From Podarcis vaucheri (lineage: Eukaryota), in assembly GCA_965113315.1 (NCBI GenBank), contig OZ220377.1: a stretch of DNA of 64,000 bases, one strand, 5' to 3'. Both the position numbers and the translations under genes were made by a program. Positions 27,101 through 40,900 of the stretch are shown here, piece by piece. Each line of letters starts with the position of its first letter. Position 1 is the stretch's first letter. The notes under the pieces were generated by a model. It saw only the letters and a program-made list of their open reading frames with translations, did no database searches and was not told where the DNA came from.

Positions 27101-30100
27101 CCCTCTCCTCTGCGCCATCTTTCCCCGTTCTCTTAAATTTGAGTCTTATACACAGCGGTGCAAATTGCCGTGTTGGCACTTTGCGATAAATAGACGGGTT
27201 TGGGGTTGCAGTTTGGGCACTCGGTCTCTAAGAGGTTGCCACCACTGCCTCAGACCAGTTTGCTTGAAGAATAGCCTTACCCCACATGCGATCACTCAGC
27301 CAGTCTGCTGAACTGGCATTTCTTCAAGCACTGTATAATGTTCTGCATTTGTGAGGAATCAGCCTCTTAGTGTGGCAACCTGTTAGTGCAGAACTCCCTG
27401 CCTATTGATATTAGGCCGGTACCACCATTGTACTGTTTTTCAACACCTGATAAAAACCTCTTTTGCTTAGGCAAGGCTGCCCAGACATTTAATTTCATCA
27501 TGTATGTTTTTAAAGCTATTGATTTGATCTCTTCTCATATTTCTATTATGCCTGCTTGTTTAGGAAGTCTGTTGATTTTTATCGGCATTTTCTAGCAAAT
27601 ACAAACCGTTTAGGCAATTTTATTATTATTAAGTGATGTATAAGTGCTGTTAGTTAAATAAATAATTACGTAATAGATTCCGTCTCCGGCAGCTGCTGAG
27701 ATCTTAGATGAGTCCAGTTCGCCTCACACGTGGGAGAACATTACATTGCGTTGTTGTTGGTATTTTTAAGCCATTCATCTGCAACAGGCTCAGCCCAAAC
27801 ATCCCAGGCACCGAATTGCAGATGAACATTTGAATGTGAAAGCATCGCAGATCTGCGATTCTACATTTTTATTTTGCCATTGGATGGGGTGGGGGGGGGA
27901 AGGAGTTGGAATCGTTTTAGACACAAATTGGACTGGCAGATGGCAAATGCAGTTTTAACTTAGGCACATAAACAAGGCACTCCGGCTAGGGAATACGTGA
28001 TAGAGGGAGTCATCATCCAGTTTACTGATCAAGAAGAGGAGAAGCATTTTTCAAGGCCGTTGTGTGGAAGAAGTAATTGAAACCATCAGTCTAGGATACA
28101 GCAGCAGGTTTCTTTGGGGTTTTTTTAAAAAAGGAAGAATGAGCAAGACATAAAATACTAGAATGCCAACAAGATGGAGCACACCGATCCTCACAAGAGT
28201 GGACCCGCTGATTCTGGGGACCGAGAGATGACTCAGGCCAGCCTGCTTCCTGAACCTGGGGCCTTCCAGATGTTGTTGAGCTACAACACCTGTCACCTTA
28301 ACACCCATATATGCCCTCTCATCCACTTTGATCCGTGGACCTGGCGCTGATAAGGGTGCTACACAATACAGTCATACCTCGGGTTACAGACGCTTCAGGT
28401 TGTGTGTTTTCGGATTGCGCACCGCACCGAACCTGGAAGTACTGGAACAGGTTACTTCTGGGTTTCGGTGCTCACGCATGCAGAAGCACCAAATTGTGAC
28501 CCGCGCGTGCGCAGACTCGACGCTGCGGGTTGCGAACACTGCGGGTTGTGAACGTGCCTCCCACACGGATCACGTTCGCAACCCGAGCGTCCACTGTACT
28601 CATTCCCCGTTTGCAAGAAATTTATTTTTGTGTGTGGCAGCAATGGTTCTGTTCTTTGGAACTCCCTGCCCGATTGACATCAGACAGGCACTTTCGCTGT
28701 TCTCTTTCTGGAACCTCCTAAAAACATTTTTGATTAGGCAGGCCTATCCAGACATGTAGGTTGCCATGTGTTTCAATCTGGTCTTTTTACCCTATCATTG
28801 GTTTTAATGTTTTTTTTAAAAAATTAAATAGTTGTTTTTAACTGTTCTCACTGATTATTGTGTTGTTCTTTTTGTGAACTGCTTTGAGGTTTGCTTATTT
28901 GTTTACAATCAGGTGGTATATGAAATTTAGTAAATAAATGAATAAATTAGCCATGCCGGCTAAGGCAGATGGGAATTCAGCAAAGTCTGGATTAGGAACA
29001 TTTTTTAAAAAAATCAAATAATAACTTGCCCCTTTGTGGATGACTGTAGGAAGCTGTGCCATCCACATCTTTAATGCTGAAGGAGAATTAAATGTGGGAG
29101 GGTTTCAACTGAAACTGAGAGCTGGCTTGCTGGAAGACGGACCCTCACCTCTTACCCCGTCTTTGCTGAATCGCCATACAGTTATTCCTTGCTGTACTCT
29201 CCTTATTCGACTCTTACCACATGCTCAGGCAAGTCTCTTTGTTATTTTTTGTATAAATATTTGCAGTTCTTCCATTCAAGTTCAGCCCTTCTCCAGACCT
29301 TGCCTTGTTCAACTTCACTGCAGATAACAATTCTGAGGAATTCTCAATAGAAAAAATACCAGTCCTTTGCAGCTACAGATAGGTAGCCGTGTTGGTCTGC
29401 CATAGTCAAAATAAAAAAAAATCCTTCCAGTAGCACCTTAAAGACCAACTAAGTTAGTTCTTGGTATGAGCTTTCGTGTGCATGCACACGAAAGCTCATA
29501 CCAAGAACTAACTTAGTTGGTCTTTAAGGTGCTACTGGAAGGATTTTTTTTTATTTAGTCCTTTGCAGCGTTATCAATAACGTCGACCAGAGCTCCTTAA
29601 AGACAGCTCTGTGCTGAGAGATCAACTTCATTTGGCCTTCTTGTTTCCATGAACTGTCTCAGTTCAAGCTATTTATAATAACCTTGTAATATTAAGGCTG
29701 GAGTTGGTTTGTTTTCCTCTGCCCTCCTCATCCCTTTTCCCTTTTGTGCCCTGTCTTCTAGATCGTAGCCCTGTGTACTTAATTTTATTCCCTTTAGGTT
29801 CCAGTGCCTCCCCCAAGTTACTTGGCAGGATACTATTTCACTGATGGAGCAAAACCCAACAGTTCAGAGCTGGAGATCATCTCAAGCTTTCAGAAGGACA
29901 GCGGCCTCCCAAACCTTGTGCTGGACATGGCACTGCAGTTAATGAACAAGGAGCAAAGCAGAGGTATGAAAATGGTTGGCTAGATCACAAAAGCTTCCTC
30001 TTCGTACACTAAAGCTTATTTCAGTCGCTTGTTGTCTTGAGAGACATTGGAACGCGCCTTGAATAACACTAGTGCATTTGAAACACAGCAGACGCTAGTG

Positions 30101-33100
30101 CAAGGACCCTGGTTCGCTCCAGGTGCTGTGGACTCTCAACTCGCATATTTGCTGGCCATTGGCGATGCTAATGGGGGCTGATGGGAGCTGTAGTCCAGCA
30201 TTGTCGGAGGTCCACAGTGCTTCCCCACTCTTGGGGTATTCTAAGTTGGGATGTGAGAGGAGGAGGAGGCTGTTTCCGCCCTGTGTTCATCGCAATCAGT
30301 GCTGTTTCCATTCTGCTACAGTTCGGCTTCTGCACAAACCCATGTTGTTCATCTTGCTATCTGCTGTGGCCAAAAGCAGTTTCATAATTAACTCCAGTGC
30401 ATTTCAGTGCAAGGTAAATGTTAAAAAAACACACACAGAGAAGATAACCTAGTGATTTTCATGATGTTTGCAGGCTAAAAAAGCAATACCAAATACCATT
30501 CACATTCTCCTGTGTGGTTTGCACATTGTGGGAATTTCTGCTCCCGTTTCTGTTTCTGGCAGAATTCTCTGAGATCCTAATCCTAAGCATTGCCAAGTGG
30601 TGCTCATCCCCCTCTTGCGGTGCTGCTACTGCTTCCCATATCCTAATTCCTTGTTTCATGCAGTACTGCCCAATCAGCTGAAAGCCTGGTGTGTAGAAAA
30701 GTTAAGTGAGAGAGGACATTTGTCACCACGGCATCCTCTGAAGTGCATCGACATACATCGTGCGGTCCGTTATCGGCAGGAAGCTGGAGTCCGTGTCCGA
30801 ATCAAGCAAGCATTTGGGCTTAAAGGTAGCTGAAAGAACATTATTTGTGTTTCCCTCCCTGAAGTATACTAAGCAATTTCAGAGTTTGGCCTGAAGATAT
30901 GTGATGCAGCAATCCAGTTGAAGGTAAGCAGGCCACTTCTCTATCTACGCCCAGCTTAAGTCCCATGGCAGAAAGGCAGGATGCAAGCACAATAAGCAAA
31001 TAAAATAAATATCTACTAGTGGACCCTGCAGCAAAATTTTGCAGTTTTGAGTGTTCTTGTTCACTGTTCTGCCTCCTTGATATTCCCTTTCTATCCTGGT
31101 TTTCTTGTTTTTCTTCCTCCAATAGCATTCATTATCCACTGAGCATGCTCATTGGGCTGTTTCTCCCCCCCCCCACATTTTTAAGGGTGTTATTCTACTT
31201 CTTTTTTCATACTTTTGCCAATTGTGGGGTTCATTCAAGCCTGGGTGGTATTTGTATTGGTCTACAGCAGTAATAAACAGCAGCAGCGTCATGGGTGGTG
31301 CCGTTTTGGCTACATAAGCAGCGGCACTCATGCCTGAACTAAATAGAGGGATTTGTTGCTTCTTCTTCTTTACAATCTCTGACAATGATAGAAATTAGGT
31401 TGATTATTTCAGGCGTTTCTTGCAACTTAGCCCATATAAGACATGTGTCAGCCAAACTCTTGGTTGCTTAGATAAAGACATACACAGTCTCTATGGCGAG
31501 AAGGAAGTGGCGTCTTGAAGAAGGCTCTGGTTGTTGGGAGAAAGATGGTTATCTTCATTTTATGAGCGAGAAATATCGCTGATACATTTGTTTTTATTTA
31601 TTCATTTATATCATTTCTATGCCACTTAATACACACACACACACACATTAATTCTCTCTAAGTGGTGAACAGAAAACTAAAACAACTGAAACAAATGTTC
31701 CAGAAATACAGAATATATATACACAAATGTTATGTCAATAAAAATGATGGCTGGAATGATGATAATAGACAGGCATCAGTTCTTTCTTTAACACATAGAC
31801 GAGACTGTCCATCAACAGGGAAAGCAGTGGCCTCTCTCTGAACTGGAGATGGGGAGAAATTCCATTCAGCTCACTCTTGCTCTTGCACTTAGGGGAGCGT
31901 AAGAGATAACTGAGATCCCAAAGGAGTAAGGTGAGCAGCGCATGTTCATTCCCCTTTCCCTGCTCTGTACAATATATAGTTGTAGGTAGAAAGGCCTTTC
32001 CCAGTTATTTTTGTGCGCAAACCCTTAAATATGTATAATCTTTACTGATTTGTGTTTTCTTCCCCTTTCAGCTGATGGTTGCTACGTGAATGCACTGGCC
32101 AGAATCCTTAAGGGGGCTGCAAGCACGCAGTTGCCTGAGCTGCCTCAATGCTGGGGAGGAGAAGAAACATTCCTGGTGCAACAACTTGATTTTTCAAGCC
32201 TGCAGAGATCGCCCAAGTGGATTGATCCATCTGTGGTATGCAGTCGCCGAACTGCCATCTTGCAGTAGTGGCAGATGCCCACTGGGACTGGTAGGGGGGA
32301 AGGCAGGGAGCCGGACAGTAGGTGGCGCCAGAGCCAATGACAGGCAAAACTAACTAATTCCAGTTCCATCCCCACTCTCTTCCTCCCTGCTGAGTTATAC
32401 AAAGACAGGGCTGTCTGTCATTGAGGAGGAAGCTGACAGACAGTGTAGCCCAGGCATAGGCAAATTCAGCCCTCCAGATGTTTTGGGACTACAACTCCCA
32501 TCATCCCTAGCTAACAGGACCAGTGGTCAGGGTCTAACATTAGCAAGGACCACATGTTGCCAAACCCATTATAATACAGATTTGTTCCCCCCCCCCCTGA
32601 AAATCACATGGAAGGGACATCAGGTATGTCCTGGGTAGGAAAAGTTAGTGGATTCTGAAGGGAAAGGCTTGGTCTGATCTGGACTGTGCATTTACATTGG
32701 TTCTATTTCTGCAATGTTTACTGATCATCCCAGCTGCCGTTCCTTACTGTTCCCAACTAAGGAACCTTTTAAAAAACAAAGATTCCACTAGACTTCAGTG
32801 AAAACAGATCTTGCAAAGTCTAGAACTTCTTCCCAGCTAGAGAAGGAAATGTATGGCAGTACATAATTTCCTCCTGCGACTGCCTTGTGACAGGGTAATG
32901 TCCCATAAAAAATGCCTGGGCAAAGGGATTGGACTTTGCCTGGCACCGTTATCACAGAAGGATTGGTGCCAGCCTACTTTTCATTGTAGCCTACCAAACA
33001 TGTGTCATTAGCCCTACCTTGCTCATTTGGTTTGTATTATGTGAATTCTTTTCCATTTTTTGTCTGTTGTGCCACAAAGCAGCCACAGGTTCAACCATCA

Positions 33101-34537
33101 GCCTGGCTTGTTAATAGGGCAGCAAGTCTTTATGTGTTCCATTCCGTTCCATTTCCATGTATTAGTTACATGCAACATTGTTTCCATTCTGCTGCAGTTC
33201 ATTTTCTTCCCAAAACCATGTTATTCATCTCTCTGTCCACTCTGGCAAAATGGCATATTTTACATCATTTACATAACTAATTACATAAAACACATCATTA
33301 AGTTGTCATTACATTGTTTCACCCAATCAATTTGATTGCAAAGGAAACACATTGCAAATGGAGGGAGAACATAATGAATTACGTAATGTTTGTGGAATGA
33401 CAGCAACAACAACTGCGAATCCTGATCACATTTGATGGATTCATTTCTGTTCCGGACATGGGATGAGAGAGCGAACATTGACAGTTTTCGGTTTCGTTAG
33501 AATTCCCTGGCACCCCTCTTTGTTAGGTAGTCCTTTTAATCTGTGCACTTCGGAAGCCTAGCATTTTTATATGAACTCGTGGCCAAGGAAAAGTTCCTCC
33601 AGACATTTTCCCACAGGAACCCAAAAAAAAACCCCACGTTCGCAAAATGAGCGTTTAAACTGAGATCAGCTTTCTGAAATGTACTGCACAGTTCCTGCTA
33701 TTTACGATTCTCCTGAAACATCCAAACATCTGTTGTGCACAGAAATGAAATCTTGGTTAACTGCTGAGAACTGCTCCCTTCAACGCAGGAGAATCAAATT
33801 GCCCATCAGTTGCCTTACACAGATTTAGCTGTGAAGTGATGATATGAAGAGGCGGTTTAAAGTATCTCTTTGTGCATTTAGCAACTCTGGAAATGTGCTG
33901 TATCAGTCAGATCCCTCCTCTCCCCTCTCTTCACCTCAAAATGAAAATAAAATATCACACCATAACCCAATCATAATCTTCAGCTGATGTTCTTATACTG
34001 CAAGGATGCTGATCTTCTTAAGTCACACTATTACCCCAGGACAGGGAATATTTTATATTTGCTTTTCAGAATTGTTAATATTTTTTCCCCTTTTGACTTG
34101 AGATTCATTTTCCCTATTCAAGACATGCCTCAACATCCAGCTTATGGAGCTTAGAATTAGAGAATCATGACATTCTTAGAGCGGTGGGGCTGGTTTGGAA
34201 GTGGCGTCATCTTGCTCATTCCAAACGTAACTATTCTTCTCTAGGGGCCAATTCTGAAAAAAATCAGTTCTGCAGATTTGAAAGTCAGCTGCTGAAAGTC
34301 AAGGGTGCCACTTGGCTGGGATTGACTGCAGAAGGTGCTGATTGGTTGGTACTGGCTAAGGGTGCTGATTGGCTAGTGCCTGTGACAGCCACCTGACATG
34401 CCATTAGAGCAATGTAATTGTTTTTGAAAAATTAATGCAGGCTTTTCTTACTCCTGCCTCCAGAGGCTCTTTTTTAAACCATGAGAAGGATAGCTGAATG
34501 TATAATCCAATCAGCACACACCTGCTGTCAAAAAAGC

Positions 34538-34586
<49 letters not shown>

Positions 34587-34919
34587 CCTGCCCATCTGAC
34601 TGGGTTTCCCCAGCCACTCTGAGTGGCTTCCAGCAAAATATTAAAATACCGTAATGCATCAAACATTAAAAGAGGGCTGCCTTCAGATGTCTTCTAAAAG
34701 TCAGATAGTTGTTTATTTCTTTGACATATGATGGGAAGGTGTTCCACAGGGTGGGCGCCACTACCAAGAAGGCCCTGTTTACAGGAGATGGCCTGCCTGA
34801 TGGGGGAAGAGGCAACGTTTATTGCTGATCCAGTGCAAAGTGAGTTACAAAGCTGGAATGACAACCAGGCTGAAGAACCTGCTGCAAACATTGTTTAAAT
34901 GCTTATGCCTATCTCAATC

Positions 34920-34952
<33 letters not shown>

Positions 34953-37900
34953 TTTATTTATATCCCGCCCTCCCCAGCCGAAGCCGGGCTCAGGGCGGCT
35001 AACAACAATCAATCAGTCAAATAATCACACAATCTAAAAATATTTCATTATAAAAATTAATTAAATCAAATTGATGGCAACCAATTAAGCAAAATTCTGT
35101 GCAGGTTGCCAGACGAGGGAGTCAGGCTGCGCCCTGACCAAAGGCCTGGCGGAACAACTCTGTCTTGCAGGCCCTGCGGAAAGATGTCAGGTCCCGCAGG
35201 GCCCTAGTCTCTTGTGACAGAGCATTCCACCAGTTTGGAGCCGCAGCCGAGAAGGCCCTGGCTCTAGTTGAGGCCAGCCTAACCTCTCTGAGGCCTGGGA
35301 CGTTGAGGATGTTATTATTTGCAGACCGTAGGTTTCTCTGTGGGGCATACCAGGAGAGGCGGTCCCGTAGGTACGAGGGTCCTAGGCCGTATAGGGCTTT
35401 AAAGGTTAAAACCAGCACCTTAAACCTGATCCTGTACTCCACTGGGAGCCAGTGCAGCTGGTATAATACCGGATGAATGTGCTCTCGCAGTGAAGACCCC
35501 ATAAGGAGTCTCGCCGCGGCATTCTGCACCCACTGGAGTTTCTGGGTCAGTCTCAAGGGCAGCCCCACGTAGAGCGAGTTACAATAATCCAGTCTGGAGG
35601 TGACCGTCGCATGGATCACAGTGGCTAGGTCAGGACGAGAGAGATATCTTTCAGTTAAGAAGCCTGTTAAATATTTATTCCGGGGGAATGAAATGAGATG
35701 CTTGGAATTTTATATTTCTGAAACCCCTCTTGGCTTCCCACATTCTCATGCCATTGTGTTCAGTCTTCAAAACATTCCTTGGATCTTGTATCAGTTCTAT
35801 TTGCCGTGAGCCTAAATTTCCTCTGCCTTATTGTAGGTTTTGCATCCTTATCTTGATGATCACAGTGTTCTGCTAGTCCAGATCTACGGCTTGGATGCTA
35901 TTTACACCCCAGATCCAAGTGGACAAAGAGCAGGCACAGTAGCACCACGTTCTGGCCAGGCCATTGAGCTCAACGAACAATCCCAGCTGGGATGGACGGT
36001 TCTTCCGCTCTTTGACAGGTGAATCTAAAAGTAGATGCCTCTGTGTTTGGCGTTTTAGACTTACAGCAGAGCCTTGAGCATATTTACTGGAATGTAAGCC
36101 CCGTTGTGTTGTATCAAATGCTATTGAGAGCCAGTGTGGTGTAGTGGTTAAGAGTGGTAGTCTCGTAATCTGGTGAACCGGGTTCGCGTCTCCGCTCCTC
36201 CACATGCAGCTGCTGGGTGACCTTGGGCCAGTCACACTTCTTTGAAGTCTCTCAGCCCCACTCACCTCACAGAGTGTTTGTTGTGGGGGAGGAAGGGAAA
36301 GGAGAATGTTAGCCACTTTGAGATTCCTTAAAGGGAGTGAAAGGTGGGATATCAAATCCAAACTCTTCTCTTCTTCTTCTATTCTTACTCTGAGTAGACC
36401 CATTGAATTTGATGCACCTGACTATGATCACAGCCACCTAATACGTTGAAAGTGTATTTAAGGCACATGGCTTTCCCCAGAGAATCCTGGGAAGTGTAGT
36501 TTAGTGTCGCTGTGACCCGAGACATGGGTTCCAGTCATGGCAGTGGCTGTTTTGGGAATGCTTGGTGCCATCCTGATCAGTGAGAGGCGGCCTTAAAGCC
36601 ATAAACCCTGCTGTTATAGGAACCAAACCATCAACAGTAAAAATGACTGGTGGCTCCAAATTCCATTTAAAGCGGGAGAAAGGGAGATGAATTCTAGATC
36701 AGTGCCAAAATCTGGATGGGTTATCGCCGCATCTGCAACTGAAGGATAAGCAAGCTATCTCGGGAGAGAAGGGAGGTATATTTACTGTTCAGCTTCCTGG
36801 TTTTCGGAGCGCAAAATGCCAGCGTTTATATCTGGAGTGGATCCCTTAACTGCCCTCCCAGAGACAGAATTACCCCCCAGAAGAAATGGAAGCAGAGAAG
36901 GCGGTAGGCAGCTGCAAAAGCTGCTGCTCGCCTTGAGAATGGACAAGGTGATGAGATGCCACCTGCCCGTTCCTTCAATATACTTGAGAGGAGAATGGAC
37001 TGCACTGGTTCTGTTCACACCATAGCAGCAAGACCATAGCTTGCTAGAAGAGCATTTGTCCAGCATGCAGAACGTCCTGGGTTCTGTTCTCAGCATCTCC
37101 TGGTAGGGCTGGGAATGTCTCCTGTCTGGAGAGCTGCTGCCAGTCAGTGTAGACAATACTGAGCTAGATGGACCAATGGTCTGACTCGGTATAAGGCAAC
37201 TCCTTGTGCTCCTACAAATGAGCTCCCAGCTGGGAGATCCCTAGCTGAAATCTCAGCTCAGTTAGCATTGCCCTGACTGGCTTTAAACAAACCATTTTAC
37301 TCTCTGTCTCAGCCACAAGCACCGCTTCCCCAGTCTATAGCATGGGGATGACAGTGCAGGCCTATCTTCTCAAGGCTGTTGTAGGAATAACGGCTAAAAC
37401 ACGTTCGAGGACCTAGGAAAAGTGCTTTAGAAATACGAAGTGCGGCTGTTTTCAAGGGCGGAATCATTACTGCTCCCTTTCAGTGGCATGGCCAAGTGGA
37501 GGTGGACTGTAGAGCAGGGCTAGGGAACATGCGGCCCTCCAGCTGTGGTTGGACTCCAGCTTGCATCAGCTCCAGTTGGAGGGCCACAGGTTCCCCCAGA
37601 TCTGCTTCAGTCTCCCTTATCAGCATCAATGGAGGAGCAACTGCTGTATCCCCACACTCTGGACCAAATGGAAGGGATGTGAAGCAACTTGTACAGGCTC
37701 TAGCACTGCCCCTCCTGCAAAGCAGTCAATCAGAACTTGATCTGGGACTATCTGCCTGACTATCCAGTCAGCTGGATGCCAGATCAGATAGCAGTGGTCT
37801 AAAGTGCTGGTCAATCCTTCCAAATCTCTCTAAGGCCAATGTTTGAGATCTGAGCAGAGTTTCAGGCTAGGTCAGGTGCAGGTTGGAGGTTCTATTGAGT

Positions 37901-40900
37901 TTTGAGGGCTAAATACCACCCTACATAAATGGAATAAGCTAGAGGTAAGATTTTAACAATGGGTAATCTTTTTTAAAAAATCTCTTAAATATTGGTTAGG
38001 TTAGGAAAAATCCACTTATCTCCAACAGCCTTTGTAAATTATACCTGTTGTGTTTTTTCTATTGTGATAAAAAAACAAGAAATGAAATAATTGGCTGAAG
38101 CTTTTAAATGTAGTCTGAGAATCCCTTCCTTTTCTGCCTCTGAAATATTCTGTAGCTTTTTATTTTATTTTGAAAAGTTTTTGCCTTTTTTGGGTGGGGG
38201 GGTTGGATCTTTTCGAGCATTCAAAAAAGAATAGTAAATTCGTATGCATGAAACTGACTGCAAAGAGCAATTAGTCCTTCATTAATATGCAAATTTGGTC
38301 CAATGCAAATTCATCTATGTATGCGGTTTTAAATATGCAAGCTGGTCTTGCTGTGCTAGAAAACCCAGATGCTTTTATTAACTTTGAAATTGAGGGATTT
38401 GGTTAATGATATTGTTGACAAGAAAAACTTGAATAAATTTGACGACTTGCCGTCTTCCATATTAGCAGAGGCTCATAGGAAGGGGGGGAAAATCCAAGCC
38501 AAATGCCGAATTTTATCTGGTAATTTTCCCATTACCAAACTAGGAATAAATGTCAGATATGAAGTAATAAGAGCTGGAAATCCTAATGTAGCTGTCCCAA
38601 GACCTGAAAACACTCCCCAAAGATCCAGCCGTTTTATACCCAGAGGGTAAAGCCATCTGTATTGGCTCTGTGAACAATATTCCGCTTGGAGGTTTAATAT
38701 TGGGGAGTTAGATTGTTTTTGTTTGGGAGGAAATAGATGCACCTTGGAATTTTAAAAAGCTAACACTTACACAGGTGGCTGTTATCACCAGTTGCTTCCA
38801 CACTTGGCTCTTGTTCTGGAATTGCTATCCTTTCTCCTCTACTTTAAAGGAGAATCACAGCGATGTTGACAAATGGGTGCAGCCCAGCTTCCTCTGTGCT
38901 TTCTTGCCTCAAGAATGGAGAACCTGTTGCCCTTTAGATGTTGCTGGGCTGCAGCTCCCATCATCCCTAACCATTGTGCCTGCTGGTCTGTGCCAAGCTC
39001 CAGGAGGGGTGCCCTCAGGGAGCTGGGGTCTCAGTCCAAGCACTATAAAGCTTTTACCACTTATCCAAGAGAGCAAGGTTCAAAGATGCAGCAATGTCCC
39101 TAGAACCCAAGGTCAAGAGATGGGGAAATGTAAGTGTTATGTGTGCCGGCGTGGTTGCTCGAGAGCAAACACGCAAGACCCCCACTGGTTTTTTCAAGGC
39201 TTTATTATCTGTGCAAAAACATTCACAGTGCAGAACGTCTCAATTCCACGTCTGCTCAGTCACTAGCAGAATCTGGGAGTGGGCGGTCCTTAAACTTTCC
39301 CCCATCCTACGCCTCCCCTCTCTGCGCGTAAACCGACTGCGCAGAGGATGTGGGCAAAGGGGGACCTCCCCCCCCCCCGCTTTGCTCAGGCTCGGTGTTG
39401 TGGCTCTCCCTTGCAACCTCCGAGCCCTGCATCCCTTCCCCACTGGAGGCGTGGCTTCCCTCCTCCCCGGAGGAAGAACTGCTTCTCACGATCTTCTCCT
39501 GTAACCCAACTGCCCTTCCACCTCTCGCCTCTGAGCTGATGGCAGTTCCCTGACAGTAAAGAATGTAGGAAAGTGCCGTATACCAAGTGAAACCATTGGT
39601 CCTTCAAGTCCAGGGTTGTCTGCACTGATGAGCAGCAGCAACTTTTGGGGTTTTTTGGCAGGAGTCTTCTGCATGCAGAGCAGGTGCTCTGCCACTGAGC
39701 TACGGCCCTTCAGATGTCTCTGGACTGCAACTCCTGTCATCCCTAACCATTAGCCAGGCTGGTTGGGGCTGATGGGAGCTGGAGTGCAACAAAATCTGGA
39801 GAGCCATGGCTTCTCCATGGAGGGTTGCTGGTTTTTGTTTTTAGCACCAGCCTGTTCAGTGGAAAATATGCCACCCTGTACCAGGTCTGACCATCTTGCC
39901 CAGCTACTCTGACTGGCAGCAGCTCTTCACGGTGCTGGGCCTTTTCCCACCACTCGCTGCGTGGTCTTTCAAACTGGAGATGCTGGGGACTGAACAGGGC
40001 ACCTTCTTTGTGCAAACATACACTGAGCTAGAGGTCAGCGTTAAAGCTATGGGTTTCCCAGTAGTGATGTATGGAAGTAAGAGCTGGACCATAAAGAAGG
40101 CTGATGCTTTTGAATTATGGTGCTGGAGGAGACTCTTGAGAGTCCCATGGACTGCAAGAAGATCAAACCTCTCCATTCTTAAGGAAATCAGCCCTGAGTG
40201 CTCATTGGAAGATCCTGAAGCTGAGGCTCCAATACTGTGGCCACTTCATGAGAAGAGAAGACTCCCTGGAAAAGACCCTGATGTTGGGAAAGATGGAGAG
40301 CACAAGGAGAAGGGGACGACAGAGGACGAGATGGTTGGATAGTGTTCTCAAAGCTACCAGCATGAGTTTGACCAAACGGCGGGAGGCAGTGGAAGACAGG
40401 AGTGCCTGGCGTGCTCTGCTCCATGGGGTCATGAAGAATCGGACATGACTAAATGACTAAACAACAACAACAGAGGTCAGCAGGTACCCCCTGATACAGC
40501 ACCCAAAGTAATGTCTATAGACATAGAAAGCTGCCTTATATTGAGTCAAACTATTGGTTCATCTTGCTCAGTACTGCCTACACTGACAGGCAGCTGCTCT
40601 CCTGGGTTTCAGACAGAAATCTCTCCCAGTTCTACCTGGCATGGGGAACTGAACAGGGGACCTTCTGACTGCAGAGCACACGCTCTGTCCCTGAGCTGTG
40701 GCCCTTCCCCAAACCTCTTGGGACAAATTCACAATTTGGACCTGAGGCTCCTTTGCCTGAGAACACAATAGCCCAAGAGCTGCCTCTGAAGTGGTGCGTT
40801 TGAGTGCACTGTGCCGTTATTTGCAAAGCTGCTGAAATCAAAACGACCTGAGAAGTTAATAGATTATGGTGCTCCCCAAATAGCTGTTTGATTCCCATGG

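Noticed and set aside
35122-35619. 165-aa ORF
   Set aside because: C-terminus of L2 ORF2 in a truncated LINE, not a host gene
38369-38650. 93-aa ORF in intron E22-E23
   Set aside because: E22 joins E23 in phase and completes a contiguous motif (PLFDRNCVGSG), so no extra exon is needed
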